Shown here piece by piece: positions 1 through 15,016 of a stretch of DNA of 64,000 bases. The position numbers were made by a program, and so were the translations under genes. How positions within the stretch are numbered: the first letter of the stretch is position 1; every line of letters starts with the position of its first letter. Below the pieces are notes generated by a model that saw only the letters and a list, made by a program, of their open reading frames with translations, ran no database searches and was not told where the DNA came from. The DNA is from Nageia nagi (Eukaryota; Plantae; Pinophyta): positions 161,510,001 to 161,574,000 of the forward strand of contig JBITNC010000001.1 of assembly GCA_050084985.1 (NCBI GenBank), read 5' to 3'.

Positions 1-1003
1 CCAAGATTGCAATATCACTTGGCCATGTCACTAGTGAATCATTGGAAAAATAAATAAAGCAACTTGTAACTTTAGTTTATGTTTTGCCAAGTCATTTTGT
101 GTTCCAAATATGCTGAGTAGAAGAAATAAGAAATATAAAAAAAATAGATCCAATTAGTCTCCAATTAGTTGCTAATTAAATTTGATCAAATATTAATCAT
201 GCAACAATCATATTTTAAATTGAATCAAGTTTAAATTCAAATTTGAAAATGATCATATAAAGGAAAATCTAGAAACTAAGGTTTCTTGGTCATTTTTTAG
301 TTTGATCCCTTATTCAAACTTTGGTCATTTCAATTTTACATTTCCTAAGTCTTGAAGTTACAAATATATCTGCACTTGGTCTTAGAAAATATCCTCAAGT
401 TTCATTAAGGAATATCTAAGCACCTTGGATCTTAGATAAAGCTCAAAATCTAACTTTCCAAGAATTGCTTTCTTCTTTCAGACCTTTACAATATCCTTCA
501 TATTTTCCCTCAAAGTTTGAATGTTCTCTTGTTATAGTAGGTTTATTTTATAAAATTATTACTACCCTTATCTTGACTTCACCTTTTTTGTTTGCAATTT
601 GCAAAACATTAAGGGTGAAGGTGTTTCATCATAAACATGATAACACACTATAAGTATAAAAGTATTTTAGGAAAATGCATGGAATTAATACATTTTGATA
701 GTAGAAGAGAGATAGAGCCATTTTGATCAAATTTTGACATTCACCCTACAAAGATAGGTATTCAATATTCAACATTGATCATCTATCATGCAAATTTGGT
801 ATTTATTAATACCACTTAGAATATGTTGTAACTCTACATTGAGATTTTGTTATGAAAAGGATAGCTTCAGAAAGCCTCTTAGAGTGATTTAATGATCTTA
901 TATTTTTTAAATATTACATTAAGGGATTTAATATAACCCAATATAACTCTATAAATGTTTGATTAATCAATTCTAATCTTAAAAGGGTAACTTTTAGCTG
1001 AAT

Positions 1004-4000
1004 TGTAACGTATCCACTTATTTTCACCAATTAAAACCCTAATTTAGACCTATTTTTTTATTTGGTTTAGCACTTGATATTCTAGAAATGAACTAGATGA
1101 TCCCACATGAGTTTAATATACTGCTATCTAGTTTAGCACTCACATGGCAAGATTAGTCAAGAACCCATGGTACCCAACCCTGATAAATATTTTTGGTGTT
1201 CACTTTTCAAAACTCACCTTGATGAAAAGATGCCTCAAAATCAACCTCAAAATTCCTACTCCATGTCTTGTGTGCAATAGGCCTTTTGGTCATGATGTTG
1301 TGGTTTTCTACTTGAGGCCCATAACACATGAGAGATCTCACTTCCATTAAGTTAGCATCATCACCTGATGATAACTCTCCATCTCATAGGAGTAGATAGC
1401 TTGTCCTAGGCAAGTTTTCATATGAGTGGATAGCATCACCTATGAAATAATTATCATACCCCTATTTGCTAACTACAAGTGGTATGACTACTAGTTACCC
1501 TCACCTAGTAATAGTAGCTTTTATGATTTCTATCCCCACATAACTCACTTGTTAAAGGATATGAGTAGTAACCTACCCATAACTATTGGCTACTCCCACC
1601 ATGTGGTTAGACATCCTTATGCCCATAACTTGAGGAGCCATGGATATTAAACAATATCCTTAAGTGGTTGATTATTCTAATTTATTTTAAAATATTTTAA
1701 TAAAAAGAACCACCCATAACCTACTAACCATAAACTAATATTTCCAAATAATCAAGAGGGTACAAGATAAGTTATAGGGTTTAACACCATTCATCTTTGT
1801 CTATGAGGTGTACCTCAAAAGTTTTTATTATAGGTTTTCTCAGTAAGTCACATGATTCTTATTTATCCCATATGTATTATGTCACATATATGAATCTACT
1901 TTTTTATAGTTCTCTTGCATACATAAAGTAGCAAGTCATGAAGAAAGGTCTAGCCACTATTGCTACAAAAGTAATGCGATGCTAAGTGGTCACCAAGTAA
2001 AAGAATATTCCTTTTATTTTTTATCTAGCAAGATAATTTTATTTGGTGAAGGTTCTCTACCAATTTTCTTTACATTATTTCATTCATCCCTATGGATCCC
2101 AAATGATCCCATTTGTATCCAATTTGATCCAAGAGTCCTAAAATATTTCAGAATGAACACAAATTATCATTTGAAACCTTAGTTCAAATTTAGTTTGATT
2201 CTATGTTGTTGGGATAATTTTGAATATGTTAGGATTAATAACCTAATCCATCTACTTCTTTTAGGAGTTTATATAGATTGATTTGTTAATACCACTACTT
2301 ATCATGCAAAAATAATTGTTAATATCTACTCCTATTAATCAAACATTATTCATATCATTTAAAAATCATAAAGATGTTCATAAAAGGGAAAGTCATTCAA
2401 TATATGAAATAAATAAAATATATTCCTCATTAAACAATTCTAAGTTAATGATCAATTACAAGAAGTTTGAATACATCTCATAACTTCATTTATCAACATC
2501 TAGGGTAATGACATAGCTTCCATAAACTTATAATAAGAACATTATTACATTATAAGGCTAATACAATAATTTTGTAACTCATCATAATCATCTTGTAATA
2601 CAAATATAGTTTAACATGTTATTTATTAGATCATTCATTGTGTTGTCTTGGTACACACCCGATGATCTTCAAGCAATGATTATCGAGCATCTCTATCATT
2701 CTTCAAGAAATGAGCATTGAACATCAAACATTCCATTGGAACTTGGTGGTTGTATAGAGTACTAGAAGGGAGAAGGATTAGGACAACCCTTTATATTTTA
2801 TGATCTTAATGCAATGCATTTGCTCACTTAAGAATTTGGGAGGATTTTAGGTCCTATTTGGACTACCTCTCTTCCTTGCTCGTGAATCAACATATACTTC
2901 ACATATAAATACAAATGGTCATTCTTATAAATATCAAAACATTTAAAACTCCCTTTTTCTTTTAAAACCCATTATTTTATATTGGTAATTATAGTGTTCT
3001 TAATAATTAGAATTCATTTCATAAGTTTATTCAAATAAATAATAATGAGAGTACAATCACTATATACAAAATCCTCTATACTTAATTACTTAATAATCTT
3101 ATTATTAAATGAATGTTTATCTCAAATTCATGGTATGAATCTATCTAATGGTGTTCTCTTAATGGCAAGGTATGTGTAGATTATCTCTACGTATACTAAT
3201 CTTGATTCATAATGCTCATGTGTGCCATAGTTGCAAAAGAATACAATTTCACTCAAAAATGTACTACACTTTCTTCGATAGGTGCCAATAGCAAATTCTA
3301 AAAGCTAATATAATAGTAGATTCCCAAAATTACTTTGCAAATAACATTAAATAGATTATTATTAAAGGCCTAAATAAGATTTAGTCACTTCAAATCCTTG
3401 ATCAATTCAAAATCAATCTCTACAAATTTTAACAATGTTAACTCTAGTGTAAACTCTCAAAGAAGATAAAGGAGTTTTGTTTCATAGAAAGTAAAGGATG
3501 GAGGTTGAATTCCATATATATATATATATATATATGAAGTAAAGGAGGTGAAGCATGGAGATTATTTAATGGTGCAGATGCAAACAAAGTTCTATAAATA
3601 GGTGCAACCAACATTACATTCATTTCAACATACACATTCATGAAATCTCTAAAAGAAGATATCTAGATATATAAGGAGGTGAAATGCATACGATAACACA
3701 AAACTAGGAAATTGTTTGACAACTACATGACAAAAAAAATCAAGGATGGGGATTTTAAAAGAGTACCTAAGTAAAATATCAAACTTTGAATCTTTACCAA
3801 CATTCTTGCTTCATGATTAGAATGTATGTATAGAAAAACATCAAAAATAGTTGAAATTGGTTTTTTGTCAGAATTTGAAGAAGAAGGTTCCTCCATGGTA
3901 TCAAGCAAATTGAAAAAAGAAAAATACATAATGATGTTAATACAAAATGGAAAGGATGGAAGATCTAAAATAATAACAATTAGATATAGAAACTTTTACC

Positions 4001-5301
4001 CTCATATTCCAAGCATAGGCTAGCATATGTATTCTTGAAATGAACACGTAGGCCTATCAAGTAGCATGGATGAAAAGCTAATTGGAAAACTCAAATTGTT
4101 TATAAAGAAAATTCATGAGCATATACATCAGGGAAATTGTAAAATCATCTATATAAAAGAGTAATAATTCAATAAAGTTTGTATTAAAAGTTTCCTCAAT
4201 GAAATATAAATAAAAACTATACTATTTTCATAGGCAACATAAAGCACTAACCATCACATGAACATATTAAATATACAAGGTAGTATGTCATTTCAAATGG
4301 AGCAAGGACACTATCATCAACTATTTCATAACCTTTTATAAAGGAATTATAACATACATATTTGAAAAAACAAAATAAGAAAGACTACTTTAACTAGACA
4401 AATTAGAAAAATGCAATAGATAGATAGGAAGGTAGCTATTTTTCTAAAGCTCTACTTCTTTATTTATAGAAAAAGGTGTTCAAGTGTGTCCAAATGGATG
4501 TCTCCTCACACCTTTAATAATTTTTGAGGTAGATTTGTCTAATGTTGTAAATGATTTTAATTGCATTCAATACTTTAGAACCTTTTTCACTAACTGATAA
4601 TTTAGTGCCAACTCTTATGCATACCTAATGCAAGAAAACAAAACTAAGTAGGATCATTAGCCTATTATTTTCCTAGCTATTAAATATATTATGATACCAC
4701 AAGGAGACCTTATTCTCTTTCTAATAGTATTTTTTTACTATTAACCCCATACAAAAATAATATGGGCTCTCATATTCAACTTTTATCCCATTAAATTTAT
4801 GTTTCTAACCTTTTATAAAATTTTAAATTTAACTAATATATGTTCCCTTTTTCTCTCATTTTCAAAATTTGAATTTCAAAAATACTAAAGAAGAGAAAAC
4901 ACACCTTTACCTATGACGGGCAACTTGTCTTATAGAGGAAGGTTAATCCATACACTTTTGCAAACATATTTTCATCAAGAAATCAATAATCACAATAATT
5001 ATTCTACATGCAACTACAAGATTTATGATGGTCATAGGGTGTGTTAACAAATTAAAGCCAATCATTTCCTCCTCTTACCCTTTTGTTCCTATCACCAATT
5101 CACCTTTGATTTGTAAGATCTTTGGATCACTTCTCCACCCTATGACCTATGTCAAAACATCTTGAAGCCATCATCAAATTATCACAAATAATATATATTC
5201 CTTTATTAAATTTTTCATTACCATAAAATTAATCAAACATCATTCACTCAAATCCTGGATGGTACCCTAGGTAAAATAGTATCTTGAGGTGGGTCTTGAC
5301 A
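1004..5301 (-). repeat. 3' LTR (~4.3 kb) of the chromovirus
   Basis: Collinear with 7864-12156, roughly 85-90% identical by eye; TG...CA ends; abuts the PPT. Confidence 0.93.
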
Positions 5302-5316
5302 TACACCTCCCTTAAA
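5302..5316 (-). other. Polypurine tract
   Basis: Minus strand reads TTTAAGGGAGGTGTA immediately before the 3' LTR. Confidence 0.8.
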
Positions 5317-5389
5317 AGGAACATAGTCCCTTATGTTCTTATATACAAACATAAACTTATAAATGTTTCATATACTTAGTTGAGTAAAT

Positions 5390-6430
5390 AAATATGGAAA
5401 TTATCTTTTTAGAGTATCTGTATCTTCCCATGTGGAAGATGGTTCAAAATTTTTGTCCCATGGGATTAGACATTCATTAATTTCCCTATTTCTTAGCTTC
5501 CTAGTCCTAAAAGCTAAGATCTTGATAGGGAGTATTTAAATGGCATGAGGGTCCAGCATATACAATTAAGAAAAATCAAAAATATGAGAAGGATGAGCAA
5601 CATACTTTCATAACAAGGAGACATGAAAGACATCATGTATTTTGGACAAACTTGGTGGTAAGGCAAGTTTCTAGGCTACTAGACTCTTCCATAATTTCAA
5701 AAGGACCAACAAATTAAGGATCCAATTTAATTGATTTTATAGCATTTTTTATGGTTCATACTCATAAAAATACCTTATCACCCACAACAAATTCTCTAGG
5801 AGTTATCTTAAGATCATCATAACTCTTTTATCGATCCATAGCTTCCTTCAACTTTTGTCAATTGGAATTTAGCTACTCATCCATTTTCTTTAATATTTCT
5901 AATTGGATCATCACCCAATCCTCCTGATTATCCTAATTGAAAGGAGTTCTACATCTCCTTCCATACAGTCCTTCAAAATGAGCCATTCCTAAAGATGAAT
6001 GATAGCCATTATTATATGGAAAATCAACCAAATAAAGATAATCTTTCCATTTGGTCATTTGTTCCATGCAACACATTGTAAACATGTCCTCAAGGAATTT
6101 GTTCACACATTCTATCTATGCATCTATTTTAGGATGATAAGTTGAGCTTATATTTAACTTTGTACCCAATGCCTTATGAAATAATTTCCAAAATATGGAA
6201 GTGAACTTAGAATCCCTATATGAAATTATCACTTCAATAAATCCATGTAATCTAAATATTTCATGTGCAAACTTATTATCTACTATAGGGGCATGAACTG
6301 TGGTGTTATCATATATAAAATGATCAACCTTGGCTAACTTATCAACCACAACCAATATGGAATCATGATGAAATCTAGTTTTTGGTAAATAGACTATGAA
6401 ATCCATTGAAATCACTTACTACTTTTGGTG
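5390..6430 (-). pseudogene. Integrase core, GPF motif and C-terminal chromodomain (decayed)
   Basis: ORF 6116-6415 reads ISMDFIVYLPKT..DSILVVVDKL..SYRDSKFTSIFW..SSTYHPKID. Downstream are FVGPFE, HDVFHVSLL and the chromodomain-like RKLRNREINECLIPWDKNFEPSSTWED. Confidence 0.9.
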
Positions 6431-6439
6431 GGTCTATCT

Positions 6440-7737
6440 TCAGAGGGAATTGAATTGCATAGTGTGCTCCACCATAGTTCTAATACCCATCTCATAGAGC
6501 TTTCTTTTTCTTTGAATTATTATCCTTAGGCATGTATTGGTTATTACATTGCTCAAGAATCCATGATTCAAGTTCCTAAATCCTTGATTTTCATTCCCAG
6601 TGTTTTGATTCTATCTTTCAAAATGTTGATTCTTCTTTTGGAAACCTTTCTTCTTAAAACCCTTATTCTCAGGTTATTTCTTCTTAAACCTCTAAAATTT
6701 TCCATCCTTATGATTTTGATTGACCTTTATATTGCTATTGTGTGAAGCCTATTACTTAGTACCTTTGTTCCTTTAGAAAGGTTCCTTATCTTTTTCATCT
6801 AATACATAACTCATGAGGGTTTTTGTTATGCCCAAGTTACTTTCATCTCTCTTAGCTAGATCATAAGCTTGTTCCAATATCTTAGGATTTAGGATATTGA
6901 ACATAGTATTGATCTTGGAATTCATCCCCATAATAAATTTATGAACCTTCAAGTGACTTTTATCATATGGAACATACTTAAGAAGTTTGATGAACTTTTG
7001 ATTATAGGTCTGCACACTCATAGAACCTTGTTGAAGTATATAATATTCCTCATATTTCTTATCAAAATAGAACTAAGGAATAAATCTTTTTTAAAATGCT
7101 TCCACAAATTCTAACCACTTCAAATACTAAACTTGGTGCTCAACTTTGTAGGCATTCCATCATTCAAAAGTAATGTCTTGAAAGTTGTAGGTAGCCCACA
7201 TGGTTTTGGTTTTTAGCAACAAATTTTTCATTAAAAAGTAGGTTTTAGCCACCTTTAACTATACCTCTATGTGATCACCTTCATGCTTTCCATTAAACTT
7301 GAGTATTATAGGTTTCTTCAAATCACATGTAAGTTCTTATTTGATCCTCACTTGAATCTAGTTCTTTAGTCCACCCAATCTTGCTTGTGCTAGAAGGATT
7401 ACATCAGATTCTTATCTTTGAGGATCAACTCTTTGAATCAATAGATTATTTATCAGTTCTTGTTATTTTACAAACTACTCTTGGAGTCTTATGATGGCTC
7501 CTTCTCCTCTATTATTTTGGTTAGAATGGTTGAACTTTCAATATTACTTGTAGAGACCTGTTGATTGGCATTCCTCATTATTCCACCTCTAGTATTTTGA
7601 CCTCTAACATTTGCATTCTAGCTTCTAACATTTGTTTGGTTTATCATGGCATTAGCATTGGCATTCATGGGAAGGATATTGGAAGCACCTTATCATGGGT
7701 TTCTTGAAGCTCTAGTTACATGTCTTTGGAGTGCCAT
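6440..7737 (-). pseudogene. Ty3 gag (decayed)
   Basis: ORF 6773-7021 (QGSMSVQTYNQKFIKLLKYVP..KFIMGM) is Retrotrans_gag-like. A degenerate zinc knuckle Y*NYGGAHYAIQFP lies at ~6445-6487. Confidence 0.85.
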
Positions 7738-7850
7738 GATCTAAGCCAACCAAATGGTGTTGTTATTAAGCTTATGCATACTCATATTGACTTCCTAAAA
7801 TTTTACAACAAAAGAGTCATAGACCATAGGCCTGAGAGTTTGAACTTGAC

Positions 7851-7862
7851 ACTCTGATACTA
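7851..7862 (-). other. Primer binding site (initiator tRNA-Met type)
   Basis: Minus strand TAGTATCAGAGT versus canonical TGGTATCAGAGC, 1 nt from the 5' LTR. Confidence 0.8.
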
Positions 7863-7863
7863 A

Positions 7864-10204
7864 TGTAACATATCCACTTATTTTCACCAAGTAAAACCCT
7901 AATTTTTAGACATATTTTTTGTATAGTTTAACACTCAATATTCTAAGAATGAACTAGATGATCCCACATGAGTTTAATATGCTGCTAGCTAGTTTAGCAC
8001 TCACATGACAAGATTGGCCAAGAACTTGGGATAACCAACCCTAATAAATATTATTGGTGTTCACTTTTCAACACTCACCTTGTTGAAAAGATGCTTCAAA
8101 AGCAACATCACCATTCCTATTCCACATCTCATGTGTAATAGGCTTTTTGGTCACGATGTTGTGGTTTTCTACTCGGGGCCCATAATACCTGAGATATCTC
8201 ACTTCCATTAATTTAGCATAATCACCTAATGATAGTTCTCCATATCATAGGAGTATATATCTTATCCTAGCCAAGCTTTCATATGAGTGGGTAGCATCAC
8301 CTATGGAACAATTATCATACCCCTATCTGCTAACTGTAAGTGGTATGACTACTAGTTACCCTCACCTAGTAATAGTAGTTTTTATGATTGATATCCTCTC
8401 CTAACTCATTTGTTAAAGCATGAGTAGTAACTTGCCCATAACTATTGACTAGTCCCACCATGTGGTTCGACTTCCTTATGCCCATAACTTGAGGAGCCAA
8501 GGATATTAAATAATATCCTTGAGTGGTTGTTTAGTCTAATTTATTTTAAAATTATTTGATAAAAAAAACCACCCATAACCTAATAACCATAAACTAATAT
8601 TTCTAAATAATCAAGAGGGTACACGATAAGTTCTAGGGTTTAACACCATTCATATTTTTGCACAAGGTGTACCTCAAAATTTTTGGTTATAGGTTTACTT
8701 AGAAAGTCACATGGTTCTTATTTATCTCATATGCATTGTATCACACATACAAATATACTTTTTAAAAGTTCTCTTACATATGTAAAGTAGCAAGTTGTGA
8801 GGAAAGGTCTAGCCACTATTGCTACAAAATTATATGAAGCTAAGTGGTCCTCATGTAAAAGAATATTCCTTTTATTTCTCATCTAGCAAGATAGGTTTAT
8901 TTGGTGAAGGTTCTCTACCAATTTTCTTTACATTATTTCATTCATCCCTATGGATTCCAAATGATCCCATTTGTATCCAATTTGATCTAAGAGTCCTAAA
9001 ATATTCCAAATGAGCACTAATTATCATTTGGAACCTTATTTCAAATTTAGTTTCGATTCTATTTTTTTGGGGTGATTTTGGATCTGTTAGGATTAATAAC
9101 CTAATCCATCTATTTATTCTAGGAGTTTATATAGATTGATTTGTTAATACCACTACTTATCATACAAAAATAAGTGTTAATCCCTACTCCTATTCATCAA
9201 ACATTATCCAAATCATTTAACAATCAAAAAGATGTTCATAAAAAGGAAAGTAAGATCATCTACTTTTTGTTTATCATTCAATATATTAAATAAATACAAT
9301 ATATTCCTCATTAAATATTTCTAAGTTAATGATCAATTACAAGAAGTTTGAATGCATCTCATAACTTCATTTATCAACATCTAGGGTAATGACATAGCTT
9401 CCATAAACTTATTACAAGAACATTATTACATTATAAGGCTACTATAATAATTTTGTAACTCATCATCATCATCTTGTAGGGAGAAGGATTAGGAAAACCC
9501 TTTATATTTTATGACCTTAATGCAATGCATTCACTTACTTAATACCTCAAGAGGATTTTATGTACTATTTAGATTACCTCTCTTCTTTGGTCATGAATCA
9601 ACTTATACTTCACATATAAATACAAATTATCATTCTTATAAATATGAAAAAATTTAAAACATTTTTTTTCTTTTATAACCCATTTTTTATATTGGTAATT
9701 ATGGTTTTGTTAATAATTAAAATTCATTCCATAAGTTTATTTCAAATAAATAATAATAATAGTACAATCACTATATACAAAATTCTCTATACTTAATTAC
9801 TTAATAATCTTATTATTAAATGAAAGTTTGTCTCAAATTCATGGTATGAATATATCTAATGGCATTCTCTTGATGGAAAGGGATGTGTACATTATCTCTA
9901 TGTATACTAATATTGAATCATAATGCTCATGTGTGCCATAGTTGCAAAAGAATAGAGCTTCACTCAAAAATATACTATAGTTTCTTCAACAAGCACCAAT
10001 AGCAAATTCCAAAAGCTAATATAATAGAAAATTTCCAAAAATACTTTGCAAATAACATCAAATCAATTATTATTAAAGGCCTAAATAAGATTTAGTTACT
10101 TCAAATTTGTGAGCAATTCAAAATCAATCTCTGCAAAATTTAACAATGTTAACTCTAGTGTAAACTCTCAAAGAAAAGTAAAGGATGGAGGTTGAATTCC
10201 ATAT

Positions 10205-10270
<66 letters not shown>

Positions 10271-12156
10271 GAAGTAAAGGAGGAAAAGCATAAAGATTAT
10301 TTGATGGTGTAGATATAGATAGAGTTTTATGGATGTGAGTGCAGGTAAAGGCTATAAATAGGCTCAACCAGCATTACATTCTTTTCAACATACACATTTG
10401 TGAAATCTCTAGAAGAAGATATATAGATATCTAATGAGGTGACATGTATAGGAATACATAAAAGTAGGGAATTGTTTCACAACTGCATGATAAAAATATG
10501 TAAAGGATGGAGATTTCAAAAGAGTACCTAAGTAAACTACCAAACTCAGAATCTTTACCAACATTCTTCCTTCATGATCACGATATAAGTATAGAAAAAC
10601 ATCAAAAATGGTTGAAATTGGTTTTATGTCAGACTTTAAAGAAGAAGGCTCCTTCATGGTATCAAGCAAATTGGAAAAAAGTAAAATACATAATGATATT
10701 AACACGAAATGGAAAGGATGCAAGATCTAAATAATAATAATCAGATCTAGAAATTTTTTCCTTCATATTTTAAGCTCAGACTAGCATATGGATTCTTCAA
10801 ATAAATGTGTAGGCCTATCAAAAAGCATGGATGAAGTGCTAAGGGGAAAACACAAACTATTTATAAAGAAAATTCATGAGCATATATGATAGGGACATTG
10901 TCAAATCCACTATATAAAAGAGTGATAATTCAATAAAGTTTGTATTAAAACTTTCCTCAATGAAATACAAATAAAAACTATGCCCTTTTCATAGGCAAAA
11001 TAAAGTACCAACTATCACATGAATATACTAAATATACTAGGTAGCATGTCATTTCAAATGGATCAAGGCCATTATCATCAAATATTTCATAACCTTTTAT
11101 CAAAGAATTCTACCATACATATTTGAAATAAAAAAAAGGATGACTAATTTAACTAAACATATTAGAAAAATGCAAAAGAATATTCACATCTTTATTTGGA
11201 GAGGGAAGGGAGACTTCTTTTTTTCATGTAATCTAAGCTTGAGAATAACCAAAAATTAAATAAGAGATAGATAGATAGATAGGAAGGTAGCTATTTTTCT
11301 AAAGATTTACTTCTTTATTTATAGCTAAAGGAGTTCAAGTGTGTCCACATGGATGTCTCCTCACACCTTTAATAATTTTTGGGGTAGATTTACCTAAAGT
11401 TGTAAATGATTGTAATGGAATTTAATACTTTAAAACCTTTTTTATTAATTGACAATTTAGTGCCAACTCTTATCCATACCTAACACAAGAAAAAAAAACT
11501 AAGTAGGGTCATTACTCTATTATTTTTATAACTATTAAATATCTTATAATACCACAAGGAGACCTTAGTTTTTTTCTAATAGTATTTTTTTACTATTATC
11601 CCCATGTGGCAATAATATGGGCTCTTATATTCAACTTTTATCCTATTAAATTTATGTTTCTAATCTTTTATAAAATTTTAAATTTAACTAATGTATATCC
11701 CCTTTTTCCCTCCTTTTGAAAATTTGAATTTCAAAAAAAGTAAACAAGATAAAGCACACCTTTACCTGCGATGGTCACCTCATCTTACAGAGTAAGGTTA
11801 ATCCATACACTTTTGCAAACATATTTGCATTAAAAAATTGGTAATCACATTATTTATTTTACATGCAACTACATGATTTATGATGGTCATAAGGTGTGTC
11901 AATGAATCAACACAAATCATTTCTTTTTCTTATCCTTTTGTTCCTATCACCAATTCACCTTTGGTCTATAGGGTCTTTGGATCACTTCTCCACCTTGTGA
12001 CTTGTGTCAAATCATCTTGAAGGTAGCATCAAATTGTAACAAATAACACATATTCTGTTATCAGATTTGTCATTACCATAACATTAGTCAAACATTATTT
12101 ATTCAAATCCTCAATGGTACTCGAGGTCAAATAGTGTCTTGATGTGGGTTGTGACA
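7864..12156 (-). repeat. 5' LTR (~4.3 kb) of the chromovirus
   Basis: Partner of 1004-5301. Contains a (TA)n(CA)n tract at ~10201-10270 that is longer than its counterpart at ~3514-3535. Confidence 0.93.
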
Positions 12157-13189
12157 TGAAGCAAGTTGAACTATTAGCAATTATAATTTGGAATTACTAG
12201 TACTCTACTTATGAGGACTTCCATATTTTAGGTGAACATATAATCAAAATCTTTTTCCTATTCAAATATTCAACATATAATTATCTAAAAATCTTTTTAA
12301 GTGAAATATACCATTTTAGGTTTGATACAATTTTTCAAAAAAAGTATATCTAATATCATAATCAGTACATTTATAAAATATAATTATTCAATTTTTAATT
12401 TAGTTTTTATTTTATCATATATAAATGATCAAGTGCTTCATAATCTAATCATTAATAAGTTTTGTAGATAAGTACTAAAAATAATTATAATATCCTTAAA
12501 ATAATTTAGTTAGAAACCTCTTATCATGTATGATACCATTCACACTTGTTGAAACTATGTCACGTGATAAATTAGATCATCATTTTTAGTAAAGGTTTTG
12601 AAATTTAGAATTATGAAATTGAATGGGATACGTTGGTTCATTAAATCAACTATTAGTGGTGTAATACCAATTTTATCCAAAGCGAATGGAGTAGAAAAAA
12701 ATTTAATTGCTATATATCATAAATTCATAAAAATTCTAGATTTCAAATTCTTGATTTAACTATTAAAATGGTTCCCACTTTTAACACTCAATTTTATTTT
12801 TATTTTTAATTTTCTAAATGACATAAGTAACTTGTTATTTATCATTTTCAAAATTTTAAATAATTCTCATTCATTTAGAAAGAATTTTTGCTCTTTTAAA
12901 CCTTGAAATTAAAAATAAAATACAAAGTCAACACCAGAGCGCCCCCACACCCAAACATATATAAAGCCATATAACCATATTTTTCTCATATCTAATGCAG
13001 AAACTCCTCATACGTTTATTTTGGAGAATCAAAATACAACATTCAATAGCTAAGATTATATTTTAAAAAGAAAAAAATCTTGTAACAGTACAAATCTACC
13101 ATTTATGTATATCTTGAATGTGGTTTGATGATCTGACAAAGATATTATGATTATCAAAATAATTAAACCACTCTACAAATTCTTTGTCA

Positions 13190-13640
13190 ATCTAGTAATA
13201 TTTCTCTTTCATTATGACAACGTTTCTCTATTAATTTGCTAAAGTCTATCTATCAAACTGACAAAGTTTACATGTATATCTAACAAAGACCATCTGTCAT
13301 TTTGAAGAAATTTAGTCTGATTATCCGATAAAGATTATCTATAGATATTTTAATTTTTCATCCCATCTAAACAACTTTATCTTTTTGACTAAGAAATTTT
13401 GTCACTTTAACTATGCTATTTTTTTTTATCATTTGATTAAGGATCTTTGTTCTTTCAACTAGTTTGTTTTTCATTCCGTTCTACCATCTTTGTCATTCTA
13501 TCTAAGTAATTTTATCATTTTGATAAATATTTTAATCAGTTTGATTTAAGTATTTTTATTATTTTGATTAAGTATTTATATCTTCTAATTAAATTATTTT
13601 TTATTTCAACTAAGTAATTTTGTCATTTCAAGTAAATAAT
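13190..13640. repeat. Degenerate ~22 bp minisatellite
   Basis: Recurrent AAGTA(A/T)TTTT(G/A)TCATTTTGA(C/T)T-like units, clearest at 13380-13640. Confidence 0.5.
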
Positions 13641-14758
13641 TTTTTTCCTTGTATTTATATATATTTTCACTTCTTTTTTTTAATGTAAATAGTTAAAAAA
13701 AATGATTTTTCAAATTTCATCTTACTTTTTAAATAGGATTAAAAAAAATGGATTGGCTGAGTGCTAACTCCTATGTATATACATTAGATTTTCTTTTATA
13801 ATATTTCTAGTCCATGATCAAGGATGTTCAGTTTTGTATGGTAGAATTACTAGAGTTGATGGAGTATAAAATAAAATAAATAGTTATAGAATAGGCATGT
13901 AAGGTTGGAAAACAATATTTGCTATTGTAAAATATAAGTTGCAACTTATGAAATAGGTAGTGTTGATAAAAGTAGATCTTAAATTAGATTGAGAATATAT
14001 TGTAGCTACTATAAAAGTAACAAAAATATGTGGAATTTTTATAGTACATTTTTGAGTAAGCCATAATATGATTTAGTTAATTACAACTTTTATTATTTTA
14101 GATTTTGACATAGACAAAATTACCATGACTATATTTACATAGGAGGATAATTAATATAAACATGCATTTTTAGAGTGTAATTTAATATTTTACAATCAAA
14201 AAACTAGATATATATCATGAAGGAGGATAAAAAAACTCAATTATTGTTGGTATAAAGGATGGGTTTTAATAATGGAAAATTTATGAGGAACTAACAAAAG
14301 AAGATTTATTAAATAATCATACATATTATAGTAGTGGTGATATGTTCTATTGATCTAAACTATATCCTAAAATAATTTTACATATTGTTTTACAAAGTTA
14401 TTAAAATGTATTTAAATTTTTTTATAATATCTTTTTTATTGCATAGATATTGAAGTTTCACTTTTACTTTTTCTTTTGATAATATTGGGGGAATCATGTA
14501 ACCCTTTATAAAACCTAATTACATTAGGTAAAACTTTTAATGTAGTTGAAAGTGTTGGTGTAACACATCCATCTGGTACTACAAGATATGGGGTATTAAT
14601 GTTGATATCTTACCTCCCGTGGTGAGTAATCTTTGAATACTATGCCCATCCTGAAATCTATGCTTCACTTATTTCCTAATATTCTTTATCCTTTTATTAA
14701 TGATTTATCATTATCTTCATAGGTTATTTAATGTTTATTTATTTTATCAAAAACATAG

Positions 14759-15012
<254 letters not shown>

Positions 15013-15016
15013 ACAA

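Larger units (their letters stand above)
1004..12156 (-). mobile_element. Ty3/gypsy chromovirus (Tekay/Del-like) LTR retrotransposon, internally deleted and non-autonomous
   Basis: Direct repeats TGTAAC...GACA at 1004-5301 and 7864-12156. Flanks TGAAT (999-1003) and TGAAG (12157-12161) give a 4/5 TSD. PBS and PPT lie on the minus strand. The 2.56 kb internal region holds only gag and integrase-chromodomain remnants. Confidence 0.93.

Noticed and set aside
1-1003. Left flank as part of another element or gene
   Set aside because: No terminal structure or coding motif could be supported.
1144-10734. Paired short ORFs (1979/8819, 3723/10409, 3826/10507) that look like duplicated genes
   Set aside because: They lie within the two LTR copies, have no recognisable domains and their frames are not conserved.
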